Of a stretch of 64,000 nt of DNA, positions 19,587 to 29,106 are shown in pieces. The first letter of the stretch is position 1. Every line of letters begins with the position of its first letter. Both the position numbers and the translations under genes were made by a program. The notes beneath the pieces were generated by a model. It searched no databases, had not been told where the DNA came from, and saw only the letters and a list, made by a program, of their open reading frames with translations. Source of the DNA: an uncultured Candidatus Rokubacteria bacterium (GTDB taxonomy: Bacteria > Methylomirabilota > Methylomirabilia > Rokubacteriales > DASRDR01); contig CAWDVE010000019.1 in assembly GCA_963805625.1 (NCBI GenBank), positions 648,698 to 712,697 on the forward strand, in the 5' to 3' direction.

Positions 19587-19934
19587 TTACAGCCCGAGTT
19601 CGCGCTTCACCGTCTCCCAGGGGATGAACTTGCCGTGCGCCTCGGCCAGGGCCTTGCGTGCGGCTTCCAGGTCGATCCGGTCCTCGAGGTCACGGATGAG
19701 GGCCAAGTCATCGACGGACACGAGGGCCGCCACGGGACGCCCGTGCCTCTGGATCACGATCCGCTCCCCGCGGTAGCTGACGCGGTTCACGGATTCGCTG
19801 AGGCGCGCCCGCGCCTGGGTGAGGTCAAGAGCTGGACTAGGCTCTCCCGTGCCCCGGGCGGCCATCGGCAGCGCCATGGCGGCGGCCTTCTGGGGCCGCG
19901 CGCGGTCTCGCGGGGTCTTTCGCTTGGCTGACAT
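19587..19934 (-). CDS. Phd/YefM-family antitoxin
   Basis: QARARLSESVNRVSYRGERIVIQRHGRPVAALV, IPWETVKRELGL; GAGGAGG RBS. Confidence 0.88.
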   Translation of the reverse strand: MSAKRKTPRDRARPQKAAAMALPMAARGTGEPSPALDLTQARARLSESVNRVSYRGERIVIQRHGRPVAALVSVDDLALIRDLEDRIDLEAARKALAEAHGKFIPWETVKRELGL

Positions 19935-19953
19935 GGGCACCTCCTCGGAGCAC

Positions 19954-19991
19954 ACCATCGGCCAAAATGTACAGAATGTCAACCCTGTACA
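19954..19991 (-). promoter_or_regulatory. TA promoter with two TGTACA operator palindromes
   Basis: TTGACA at 19977-19982 (minus strand) flanked by TGTACA at 19968-19973 and 19986-19991. Confidence 0.7.
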
Positions 19992-20071
19992 GTTCATGTC
20001 TCGGAGACAGGCGTCCCCGCGTGCGGGGGCGGGCCTGACCCCTGGCCGACCCTGAACGAATCCGGGCCCAG

Positions 20072-21445
20072 CTACCGCCGTGCGAGGGCGTTTCGCGTGA
20101 GGAGCTCCCCGACCAGGTCGTCGAAGGCCGCGACCGTCTCGTCGATGTCCTGCTCCTCGTGGGCCGCCGACGTCATGCCGCCGTTGTAGGAGAGGAGGTC
20201 GATGCCCCGCACGCGGAAGCCGTTCTGGAGCGCCCGCACGAGGGTGGGATCCATGCTCTTGAGCGTGACGGTGTCGAGCCACCGGTAATCCTCGGGGCGC
20301 GAGACCGCCAGCTTCGCCCCCGGCGCCTCGAGGTAGATGTGAAACACCGAGCTCTCGCCGTACGCGAGCCCCCGGACCGCGCGGCGCTCGAGCACGCCGT
20401 TCAGGCCCGCGCGGAGCCGGTCGGCGAGGGCATCCGCCCGGCGCGTCGGCTCCCCGGTGGCCACGATGTTGAGGCAGGCGATCCCCGCCGCCGCCGTCAG
20501 TGGTGTCGCGTTGTAGGTGCCCTGGTGCGCGATGCGGCGGAACCGGTCGTGGAAGGCGTCCCCGGTGATGTCGAAGACCCGCATCACCTCGGCCCGGCCG
20601 CAGATCGCTGCGCCCGGGACGCCCCCGCCGATGATCTTCGCGTGGGTCGAGAGGTCGGGCGTGATGCCGTACCGCTCCTGGGCGCCGCCGGGCGCCCAGC
20701 GGAAGCCGGTGATGACCTCGTCGAAGATGAGGAGCGTCCCGTGGCGCCGCGTCACTTCCCGCAGGCCTGCCAGGAACCCCGGCCGGAGCGGGAGCCGCGC
20801 CCACGAGCCGCCGCTCGGCTCGAGGATCACCGCGGCGACGTCGCCCCGCTGCCGAAGGATGCGGTCGACCTCGTCGAGGTCGTTGGCGGGGGTCATCACC
20901 GTGCCCAGCCGGAAGCCCGGCGTCAGCCCGATGGACGGCGGCACGTCGTAGGGGGGCGCGAAGCCCGTCACGAGCTCGTCGCCCCAGCCGTGGAAGTGGC
21001 CCTCGAAGCGGAGGATCGTCGGCCGGCCCGTGTGGGCGCGCGCCACCCGGCAGGCCAGCATGTCGGACTCCGTGCCCGAGTTCGTGAAGCGCACCCGCTC
21101 GCCGCACGGCACGAGGGACTGGATCCGCTCCGCCCACTCGACCTGGAGCGGGTGATCGTTGCCGAAGTGGGTGCCGAGCGGCGCCGCCTTGATGACGGCC
21201 TCGACGATGGCGGGATGCGCATGGCCGAGCAGCAGGGCGCCGTTCCCGACGTGGTAGTCGATGTACCGGTGGCCGTCGACGTCCCACTTGTAGGCGCCCT
21301 GGGCTCGCGCGATGTAGGTGGGGAACGGCAGCGCGTGCCGCACGTCGTGGCCGAGGGCCCCCCCGACCGCCTGCTTGGCCCGCGCGTACCACGCTGCCGA
21401 TCCCGCCCGCGTTGCCTGGATCTGCTCCTCGAAGCTCCGTGTCAT
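20072..21445 (-). CDS. Class III PLP aminotransferase (GSA-aminomutase-like)
   Basis: WDVDGHRYIDY, NSGTES, FEGHFHG, DEVITGFR, AKIIGGG, GTYN. Confidence 0.9.
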   Translation of the reverse strand: MTRSFEEQIQATRAGSAAWYARAKQAVGGALGHDVRHALPFPTYIARAQGAYKWDVDGHRYIDYHVGNGALLLGHAHPAIVEAVIKAAPLGTHFGNDHPLQVEWAERIQSLVPCGERVRFTNSGTESDMLACRVARAHTGRPTILRFEGHFHGWGDELVTGFAPPYDVPPSIGLTPGFRLGTVMTPANDLDEVDRILRQRGDVAAVILEPSGGSWARLPLRPGFLAGLREVTRRHGTLLIFDEVITGFRWAPGGAQERYGITPDLSTHAKIIGGGVPGAAICGRAEVMRVFDITGDAFHDRFRRIAHQGTYNATPLTAAAGIACLNIVATGEPTRRADALADRLRAGLNGVLERRAVRGLAYGESSVFHIYLEAPGAKLAVSRPEDYRWLDTVTLKSMDPTLVRALQNGFRVRGIDLLSYNGGMTSAAHEEQDIDETVAAFDDLVGELLTRNALARR

Positions 21446-21545
21446 GACTCTCGCTCCCGCTCTCGGGCGTCCGCCGGCGTCGGGCCAGCCGTGCCCTGGT
21501 TCAGATGGTCGATGTCGGTCCCGCTTCCGCTTCAGTGAGTAGAGT

Positions 21546-22526
21546 CTACCGCGCCACGCCGGCCATCTCGCGCGCCACCCGGAGCACCTCGGGCACGTCC
21601 GGCACCGAGAGCTTCTCGAGCGGCGGGCTGAACGGCTTGGGCACGTGCGGCGACGAGACGCGGCGCACGGGCCCGTCGAGGTACCCGAAGCGCTCCTCGC
21701 CGACCGTCGCCGCGATCTGGGCGCCCATCGAGCAGGACGCAACCTCCTCCTCCACGATCAGGAGGCGGTTCGTCTTCTCGACCGAGGCGAAGACCGCGCC
21801 GTAGTCGAAGGGCGACAGGGTCCGCGGGTCGATCACCTCCGCCTCGAGCCCGTCCTGGGCGAGGGTGGCGGCCGCGTCGAGCGCCCGCTGGACCATCCGT
21901 CCCGTCGCGACGATGGTGAGGTCCCGGCCCTCGCGGCAGATCCGGGCCTCGCCGAAGGGAATCGTGTAATCGCCCTCCGGCACCGGGCCCTCCACCTGGT
22001 AGAGGAGCTTCGGCTCGAGGAAGATCACCGGGTCCTCGCCGCGGAGCGCCGTCTTGAGCAGGCCCTTGGCGTCGGCCGGGCTCGAGGGGAGCGCGACCCT
22101 GAGGCCGGGGACGTGGGCGAACCAGGCTTCGAGCGACTGGGAGTGCTGGGCGGCCACGCCCTTGCCGAGCCCGCAGGTGGTGCGGACCACGAGGGGCACC
22201 CGCGCCTGGCCGCCGGACATGTAGCGGAGCTTGGCGGCCTGGTTCACGATCTCGTCCATGCAGCAGGTCAGGAAGTCCGAGTACATGATCTCGGCGACGA
22301 CGGGCCCGCCGGCCAGGGCCGCTCCGACGGCCAGGCCGACGATGGCGGCTTCCGAGATCGGGGTCTGCCGGAGCCGGCCCGGGTACAGCTCGGCGAGGCC
22401 CTTGTAGACGCCGTAGACCCCGCCCTGGGGGATGAGGTCCTCGCCCAGGATGAGCATATTGGGGAAGCGGGCCATCTCCTCGGCGAGGGCCTCGCGGATG
22501 CCGTCGCGGAACGTCAGCGTGCGCAT
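21546..22526 (-). CDS. 2-oxoacid/acetoin dehydrogenase E1 beta
   Basis: GED, TPISE, QHSQSLEAW, IDPRTLSP. Confidence 0.93.
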   Translation of the reverse strand: MRTLTFRDGIREALAEEMARFPNMLILGEDLIPQGGVYGVYKGLAELYPGRLRQTPISEAAIVGLAVGAALAGGPVVAEIMYSDFLTCCMDEIVNQAAKLRYMSGGQARVPLVVRTTCGLGKGVAAQHSQSLEAWFAHVPGLRVALPSSPADAKGLLKTALRGEDPVIFLEPKLLYQVEGPVPEGDYTIPFGEARICREGRDLTIVATGRMVQRALDAAATLAQDGLEAEVIDPRTLSPFDYGAVFASVEKTNRLLIVEEEVASCSMGAQIAATVGEERFGYLDGPVRRVSSPHVPKPFSPPLEKLSVPDVPEVLRVAREMAGVAR

Positions 22527-22553
22527 GATCTCGGTCCCCTCTCGCGCGCGGGC

Positions 22554-23540
22554 TCAGGCGGTGACGTCGGTGAGGAGCTCGGAGGCGTCGGGGAACGGGC
22601 TCTGGGTGGCGAAGGCGACCGCCTGGCCCACTTCGGCCTCGGCGGCGTCGACGATCGCCTGCCTCTGCGCGTCGCCGAGCAGCCCAGCCTCGCGGAGCCG
22701 CGCCTCGAACCGGAGGATCGGATCGCGCTTCTTCCACTCCTCGACCTCGGCCTTCTCCCGGTAGACCTGGAGGTCCCCGAGGGAGTGGCCGTAGATGCGG
22801 TACGTCTTGCACTCGAGGAGGGTCGGGCCCAGACCCGCCCGCGCCCGCGCGGCCGCGGCCGCGGCCGCGGTGTGGACCGCCAGGACGTCGTTGCCGTCGA
22901 CCACGACGCCGGGCAAATTGTAGCTCCGCGCCATGTCGACGACGTGCTCCGCCGCCAGGTTCTCCTTCTGCGACATCCACTGCGCATAGCCGTTGTTCTC
23001 GCAGACGAACAGCACCGGCAGCTTCCAGAGCGAGGAGAGGTTCAGGACCTCGTGGAACGTCCCCCGGGTCGCGGCCCCATCGCCGAAGAAGGCGACGGCG
23101 ATCTGTCCCGACTTACGCACCTGCGCCATGAGCGCGGCACCGGCGGCCAGGCCGAGGCTGGCGCCGACGATGCCGTTGGCGCCGAGCATCCCGCACGAGA
23201 AGTCGGCGATGTGCATGGAGCCGCCCTTGCCCTTGCAGGAGCCCGTGGCGCGGCCGAAGAGCTCGGCCATCATCCGGTCCATCCGCGCGCCCTTGGCGAT
23301 GCAGTGCCCATGGCCGCGGTGGGTCGAGGCGACGTAGTCGTCACGGCGGAGGACCGAGCACACGCCGACGGCGGTCGCTTCCTCACCGATGTAGAGGTGG
23401 AGGGCGCCGTAGACGTCGCCCTGGGTCGAGTGGTAGAGGGCCGTTTCTTCGAACCGCCGGATCCGCCACATGTCGCGGTACAGCCCGTGGAGTGTCTCCA
23501 CCGGCAGCGCGAGGGCTTCGGCCGCAGTCTGGGTCGTCAT
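22554..23540 (-). CDS. 2-oxoacid/acetoin dehydrogenase E1 alpha
   Basis: HRGHGH, GKGGSMH, GDGA...ENN TPP motif. Confidence 0.93.
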   Translation of the reverse strand: MTTQTAAEALALPVETLHGLYRDMWRIRRFEETALYHSTQGDVYGALHLYIGEEATAVGVCSVLRRDDYVASTHRGHGHCIAKGARMDRMMAELFGRATGSCKGKGGSMHIADFSCGMLGANGIVGASLGLAAGAALMAQVRKSGQIAVAFFGDGAATRGTFHEVLNLSSLWKLPVLFVCENNGYAQWMSQKENLAAEHVVDMARSYNLPGVVVDGNDVLAVHTAAAAAAARARAGLGPTLLECKTYRIYGHSLGDLQVYREKAEVEEWKKRDPILRFEARLREAGLLGDAQRQAIVDAAEAEVGQAVAFATQSPFPDASELLTDVTA

Positions 23541-24754
23541 GGAGCATCCTCCTTGGCGGGGGCCAGCACCCGAGCGGGATCGCCCAGGAGCTCGACGAGA
23601 GTCTTCAGCATGGCCGCCCCGCCGGCCCCGTCCACCGCGCGATGGTCGAAGACGAGGCAGAGGGCGAGCTCGCTCACGAACGTGAAGCCGGTCGGCGCCT
23701 CGCGCGGGACGCGATTCATGCGGCCGACCCCCAGGATCGCGACCTGGGGCGGGTTGATGATCGGGGTGAACAGATCGATCCCCCAGGCGCCGAGATTGGT
23801 GACCGTGAACGTCCCGTCGGCGACGTCGGCCGCACCGAGGCCACTCCGCCGGGCCTTCTCGCCGAGCGCCGCCACCTCGGCGCCGATCTCGGTCACGGTC
23901 TTCTGCTGCGCCTGTCGGACGACCGGCACGACCAGGCCGTCCTCGACCGCGACGGCGACCCCGAGGTTCACGTCGCGGACCTGACGCAGCTCCCCCTCGC
24001 GCCACCACGCGTTGAGCCGGGGATGCTGGGTCAGCGCGACCGCGGTCGCGCGGAGGATCAGGTCGTTGATGCCGACGCGGGTGCCTCCGGCGTGGCGCGC
24101 GTCGAGGAGGGCCGTGACCTCCGCGTGGGTGACCAGCGTTACCATCGGCGTCTCGCGCCAGGATCGCTGCATCCGCTCCGCGATGGTCCGGCGCATCGAG
24201 GTCAGCGGGACGACGGTGATGCCGGCCTCCGCCAGGCCCGCCGCCGCCGCCACCGACCCCGCGGCGTCGCGGCCCCTGCCTGGGGACTCCGCCGTGCGGC
24301 GGACGTCCTCCTTGGTGACGAGGCCCCCGGGCCCGGTGCCCTCGACGAGGGAGAGGTCCACCCTCAGCTCCTGAGCGAGACTCCGGGCGACCGGGGACAC
24401 CTGGCGCCGGCCGGCGGGCTTCCCGGGAGCGCTGGCAGGGACGGTCTCGACGCGTGCCTGAGCTGTCGGGCCGGTGGCGGCTCCGGCGGCGGCCGGGCCG
24501 AGGTCGGGCAGGGGGGTCCCCGGGGCGCCCACCACCCCGATGGTCGCGCCGACCGGGACGACCGAGCCCTCGCGCACGACGATCTTCAGGAGGACTCCAT
24601 CACCCGGCGACTCGACGTCGAAGGCCGCCTTGTCGGTCTCGATGACGACCAGCACGTCTCCCTTGCGAACGCGCTCGCCCTCTTTGCGGAGCCACTCCCG
24701 CACGGTGCCCTGCTCCATGGTGTGGCCGAGATTCGGCATTCCGATCTTCCACAT
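23537..24754 (-). CDS. Dihydrolipoamide acyltransferase E2
   Basis: Lipoyl ETDKA, E3-binding GTGPGG, catalytic DHRAVDG. Confidence 0.93.
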   Translation of the reverse strand: MWKIGMPNLGHTMEQGTVREWLRKEGERVRKGDVLVVIETDKAAFDVESPGDGVLLKIVVREGSVVPVGATIGVVGAPGTPLPDLGPAAAGAATGPTAQARVETVPASAPGKPAGRRQVSPVARSLAQELRVDLSLVEGTGPGGLVTKEDVRRTAESPGRGRDAAGSVAAAAGLAEAGITVVPLTSMRRTIAERMQRSWRETPMVTLVTHAEVTALLDARHAGGTRVGINDLILRATAVALTQHPRLNAWWREGELRQVRDVNLGVAVAVEDGLVVPVVRQAQQKTVTEIGAEVAALGEKARRSGLGAADVADGTFTVTNLGAWGIDLFTPIINPPQVAILGVGRMNRVPREAPTGFTFVSELALCLVFDHRAVDGAGGAAMLKTLVELLGDPARVLAPAKEDAP

Positions 24755-24899
24755 CGACGAGGCGCTCCTCAGATATCGGCCAGGGCCCCACGCATCGCGC
24801 TCGCGGACGGCACCGCACCAATCCTCGCGGGGAGTGTCAACTCGTCCCCCTCGGCCTCATGAGAGCGCACCGTTCGCCCGCGACGCCCCTGACAGGGCC

Positions 24900-26399
24900 T
24901 CAGGGCCGCGTTACGTGAACGGGCGGGACCTGGTTGAACCATTCCGGCTTGGCTCGCTCGAGCTGGGCGGCGACCTGGAGCAAGAGATCCTCGCGGGCGA
25001 AGTTGGCGTAGAGCATCGCCCCGATGGGGAGGCCGTCCCGGTCGACGCCGGCCGGCACGGAGATGCCAGGCAGACCGGTCTCGTTCCCCGGCATGGTGTA
25101 GCGGCAGGCCTCGGACAGGCGCGCCACCCAGGGGTCGAGGTCCTCGTCTCGGAGGAGGGAGTAGGGGCCGTTGGCGGCCGGCACCCGGATGGCGAGCGTC
25201 GGCGTGAGGAGGAGGTCCTGGCGCGTCATCAGCGCCCCGAACGCGCGCGTGACGACGTTGTTGGCGCTCATCATCCGCCAGATGTCGAACTTGTCGAAGC
25301 GCTCGGCCGCCACGTAGTGGCGGTAGACCATGGGGCCGAGGTACTTCGTGAGCGCCTCGGCTGCAACCCCACGGCTCTCGGCCATGGTGCGGAACTGCGA
25401 GCGCGATCCGGTCCATTGCTGGAGGTAGCCCCACCAGAGCGTGTCCCAGTCGCAGATCTTCCGATCGTCGATCTCCTGGACCCGGTGGCCGAGCCCCTCG
25501 AGCACGCGCGCCACCGCGCGGACACGGGCCGCCACCTCCGGGTCCGTGCGGCCCTCCCGCCCCCAGCGGCCGGTCGAGAGCCCGATCCGGAGCCGTCCCG
25601 GCGCCTTCCGGAGGGCCCGCACGTACGAGCCGGGCGGCGCGCCCATCGCGATGAAGGCGCCCCCGTTCGGCACCCGCGTCAGGTAGTCGTAGACGGCCGC
25701 CGTGTCGCGCACGGTGCGCGTCACGACCCCGTCGATGCTGATGCGGGTGATGTACTCGCTCTGGGCGAGCGGCCGCGGGACCCGGCCCCGCGTGGCCTTC
25801 AGCCCGACCAGCCCGCAGAACGACGCGGGGATGCGGGTCGAGCCCCCGCCGTCGGACGACATGCTGATCGGGGTGATGCCGGCGGCGACGGCGGCGGCCG
25901 AGCCGCCCGACGAGCCGCCGGGCGTCCGGTCGAGGCGCCAGGGGTTGCGAGTGACGTGGACGTGGCCGAGGTAGTCGGTGGCCGTGTCGAAGGTCATGCC
26001 GAACTCGGGCGTGGTCGACCGGCCGATCGGCACCAGCCCCGCCTGGAGGTAGTTCTCGACCGTGGGATCGGTGGCGGGGACGACGTGCCCCGTGAAGAGC
26101 CGGCTCCCGGAGTCCTGCCGGCGGCCCTTCAGGCCCGACCCGAGATCCTTGAGGAACATCGGGACGCCGTAGAGCGCGCCGTTGCGGCTCGGACGGTCGG
26201 TGTCCGGCTTCCGCACGACGTCCTCGAACACCTCGAGCACCGCGGCGAGGCGCGGGTTCAGGAGCTCGACCGCCCGCGCCGCCTGGCGGGCCAGCTCCCG
26301 GGCCGTCACCTGCTTCCGGCGCACGAGCGCCGCGAGCGCGACCCCATCGTGCCGGCTCCATTCCTCCCAGCTCATCGCGAGCCCTGCCTGCACTGGCAC
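24900..26399 (-). CDS. Amidase-signature family amidase
   Basis: KD, GGSSGGS, SDGGGSTRIPAS. Confidence 0.92.
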   Translation of the reverse strand: MPVQAGLAMSWEEWSRHDGVALAALVRRKQVTARELARQAARAVELLNPRLAAVLEVFEDVVRKPDTDRPSRNGALYGVPMFLKDLGSGLKGRRQDSGSRLFTGHVVPATDPTVENYLQAGLVPIGRSTTPEFGMTFDTATDYLGHVHVTRNPWRLDRTPGGSSGGSAAAVAAGITPISMSSDGGGSTRIPASFCGLVGLKATRGRVPRPLAQSEYITRISIDGVVTRTVRDTAAVYDYLTRVPNGGAFIAMGAPPGSYVRALRKAPGRLRIGLSTGRWGREGRTDPEVAARVRAVARVLEGLGHRVQEIDDRKICDWDTLWWGYLQQWTGSRSQFRTMAESRGVAAEALTKYLGPMVYRHYVAAERFDKFDIWRMMSANNVVTRAFGALMTRQDLLLTPTLAIRVPAANGPYSLLRDEDLDPWVARLSEACRYTMPGNETGLPGISVPAGVDRDGLPIGAMLYANFAREDLLLQVAAQLERAKPEWFNQVPPVHVTRP

Positions 26400-26530
26400 T
26401 TGCCTCTCCTCTGGTTACGGGGTGGAGGGGACGGGCCATGGGGAGGTCGCCGTGTGGACGGCGACGTCGGCCCCCGAGGCCCGCAAAGACGATGTCACGT
26501 GACCGGCCGGTGTCCCGCGTCGACGCGCGG

Positions 26531-27643
26531 TCAGGCGAGGCAGTCCGCAAGGGGAGCGGGCGTCTCGCCGACCGACTCCGCCACGCCGGCGTGGACGATG
26601 CGGCCCTGGCAGACGTTGAGCCCCTTCGCCAGCGCCGGGTTCCCCCGGAGCGCCGCCCCGAGGCCCTTCCCGGCGAGCTCGACGACGTAGGGCAGGGTGG
26701 CGTTGGTCAAGGCGAAGGTGGACGTGCGGGGCACGAGGGCGGGCATGTTGGCCACGCCGTAGTGCACGACGCCGTGCACGCGGTAGGTGGGCTCGGAGAG
26801 CGTCGTCGGGTGCATCGTCTCCACGCAGCCGCCCTGGTCCACCGCGACGTCGACGATCACCGAGCCCTCCTTCATCGTCTTCACCGTCGACTCCGGGACG
26901 AGGACGGGAGCGCGGGCGCCCGCGACCAGGACCGCACCGACCAGGAGGTCGACGCGCGGGGCGAGGCGGGCGATGTTGAAGGCGTTCGAGACCAGGGTGA
27001 CGACCTGTCCCCGGAAGATGTCGTCGACGTGGCGCAGCCGGTCGACGTTCACGTCGAGGACCGACACGTCGCCGCCGAGCCCCACGGCGATCTTGGCGGC
27101 GTTGAGGCCGACGATACCGGCACCAATGATCATCACGTTGCCGGGCGGCACGCCCGGCACACCCGAGAGCAGGATCCCCCGGCCGCCGTGGGCCTTGCCC
27201 AGGTAGTAGGCGCCCTCCTGGACCGAGAGCCGGCCCGCCACCTCGCTCATCGGCGTGAGGAGCGGGAGGCTCCCGTCGGGACGCTGCACGGTCTCGTACG
27301 CGATCGCGACCGTGCGCGACTTCTGGAGGGCGCGCGTGAGCTCGGGCACGGCCGCGAGATGGAGGTAGGTGAACAGGATCTGGTCGGCCCGGAGCCGCGG
27401 GTACTCCGACGGGATCGGCTCCTTGACCTTGAGCACGAGGTCCGCCTCGGCCCAGACTGCCTCGGCCGGCCGGAGATGCGCTCCCAGCTGGGTGTAGTCG
27501 TCGTCGCGGAAGCCGCTGCCCGCCCCGGCCCCCGGCTCGATGAGCACCCGGTGGCCGTGGTCGACGAGGGTGTGGACGCCGGCGGGCGTGAGCGCGACCC
27601 GCTGCTCGCCGGTCTTGATCTCCTTGGGCACGCCGATGATCAC
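26531..27643 (-). CDS. ald: Alanine dehydrogenase
   Basis: IIGVPKEIK, LFTYLHLA, PMSEVAGR, VDQGGC, VANMP. Confidence 0.95.
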   Translation of the reverse strand: MIIGVPKEIKTGEQRVALTPAGVHTLVDHGHRVLIEPGAGAGSGFRDDDYTQLGAHLRPAEAVWAEADLVLKVKEPIPSEYPRLRADQILFTYLHLAAVPELTRALQKSRTVAIAYETVQRPDGSLPLLTPMSEVAGRLSVQEGAYYLGKAHGGRGILLSGVPGVPPGNVMIIGAGIVGLNAAKIAVGLGGDVSVLDVNVDRLRHVDDIFRGQVVTLVSNAFNIARLAPRVDLLVGAVLVAGARAPVLVPESTVKTMKEGSVIVDVAVDQGGCVETMHPTTLSEPTYRVHGVVHYGVANMPALVPRTSTFALTNATLPYVVELAGKGLGAALRGNPALAKGLNVCQGRIVHAGVAESVGETPAPLADCLA

Positions 27644-27814
27644 GGGATTCAGTCTCCTCTATGTTGTCCGGCCGACGACGCTCATGGTACCGCCTCTTTC
27701 CCCGCCGCGGGGTGTCGACTCGGCGCCGTATCAGCGGCAGGCTTTGCCGGGATGGGAGCGCTCAGGTCAGGCTCGGCGACCGTTTCAGGGAGGAACGACG
27801 CGCGTAGAGCGGAC

Positions 27815-28126
27815 TCACCGGGCCTCCAGGTACCGCTGGAGATCCCGATGGACGTTCTCGTGCGGTGCCACGTCGAGGAAGTCGATTCGGTTGGCTCTGG
27901 CGTCGAACTGATAGGCCCACAGAAGCTGCTGGGGACCGACCTTGAACTTCACGGCGCGGATACCCTTGAGGCGGCCGGTCTTCGGTTCACCGCTCAGCGG
28001 GTCCTGCGCGATCCCCCGGACCGCGTCGTCCACCGCGAGTTGCCCTGCCGGCGGGAGGCGCTGCTTCGACTTGGAGAAGCGCGGCGCCTCGATCAGGATC
28101 CGCGAGGATTTCGCGGGCTCCCTCAC
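27815..28126 (-). CDS. RelE/ParE-like toxin
   Basis: P..GEPKTGRLKG..VKFK...HEN..RDL pattern; overlaps antitoxin stop. Confidence 0.8.
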   Translation of the reverse strand: MREPAKSSRILIEAPRFSKSKQRLPPAGQLAVDDAVRGIAQDPLSGEPKTGRLKGIRAVKFKVGPQQLLWAYQFDARANRIDFLDVAPHENVHRDLQRYLEAR

Positions 28127-28386
28127 TCGATCACGCCGAACCGATAGGGCCGCCCCAGCCCCGCCCGAATTTCTTCCTGGCCTTCCAGGACGCCCTGGAT
28201 GAAGGAGAGCGGGAGATCGGGGTTGTCCTCGGCGATCACCGCGAGGTGGGCGTAGTACTTGATCTGCTCCGAGAGAGACCGCTTGTGCGCGTTCGCTCGC
28301 GCGCGCAGGGTCCGAGCCAGCGCCTCGTCACCCTTGCCGAACCGAACCGGCACGGGGTGCGTCCACTTCCTTGCCGACTCCGCCAT
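28123..28386 (-). CDS. ParD-like antitoxin
   Basis: RSLSEQIKYYA...AEDNPDLPLSFI; alternative start 28416. Confidence 0.82.
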   Translation of the reverse strand: MAESARKWTHPVPVRFGKGDEALARTLRARANAHKRSLSEQIKYYAHLAVIAEDNPDLPLSFIQGVLEGQEEIRAGLGRPYRFGVIE

Positions 28387-28420
28387 GGTCCTCTCCCTCC
28401 CGCCGCTAGCGTTCATCCGA

Positions 28421-28453
28421 CTACAATGTAGACAACCGAGAGGGCTCCGTCAA
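28421..28453 (-). promoter_or_regulatory. sigma70-type promoter with operator palindrome
   Basis: TTGACG-17bp-TACATT; CTACAATGTAG palindrome overlaps the -10 box. Confidence 0.7.
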
Positions 28454-28578
28454 GCGATCCCTGTAATGGCTCGCGGGGCGGTCGTCGTCCGCCCCGCATC
28501 GCCGTTACGGATGAGACGCAGCGGGGCGGGTCATCCGGACGGGCGCCCGCCCCCACGCGGCGGCCTGCGCGCCGCGCG

Positions 28579-29090
28579 CTACGCGCCGAACTTCTGGGGG
28601 AACTGCTTCACGATCGCCTCGGCCAGCGGGTCGGCGATCATCCGCATGTGCACGGTCGCCGACCGGAGCACGGTGTACACCTTGCGGCTGGTCGCCCGCC
28701 GCCTGGGCGTCGATCACGGGCTTGAGCGTCAAGATGTGGTCCTTGACGAGCCCGGCCACGACGTCCTTCGGGAGATTCGGGTTGGCCGAGGCAAGGAAGG
28801 CGCCGAAGTCCTGCGAGTAGCCCACCAGATCCTCGACCGCCTTTTGCTGCTTGGCCTGATCCTTGGTCGTGACGCCGACCGTGTAGTCCACCACGAAGCC
28901 GATGTGGCGCCGCCAGAGGGGCAGGAAGGCGTCCTGCGCGCCCTGGCCGTACACGGAGCCGATCGCCTTCGAGATGTCGACGCCGTTCGCGTCGAGGGCC
29001 GCCGCGGCCGCCTTGAACTCGGGGTCACGCCCGCCCAGCGCGGCACCGGTGGCCCGCGCCGCCAGGTACGTGTCATTCTCGCAGCGCGGA
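28579..29090 (-). pseudogene. 5'-truncated, frameshifted gene of a conserved helical His-containing protein family
   Basis: YLAARATGAALGG...LWRRHIGF..DY...DHILTL...HMRMIADPLAEAIVKQFPQKF; frameshift ~28685; no start. Confidence 0.6.
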
Positions 29091-29106
29091 GCGGGGCGGA
29101 ACGGGC

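Noticed and set aside
20072-21445. hemL assignment
   Set aside because: GSA-like fold but catabolic context and no tetrapyrrole genes; left without a symbol.
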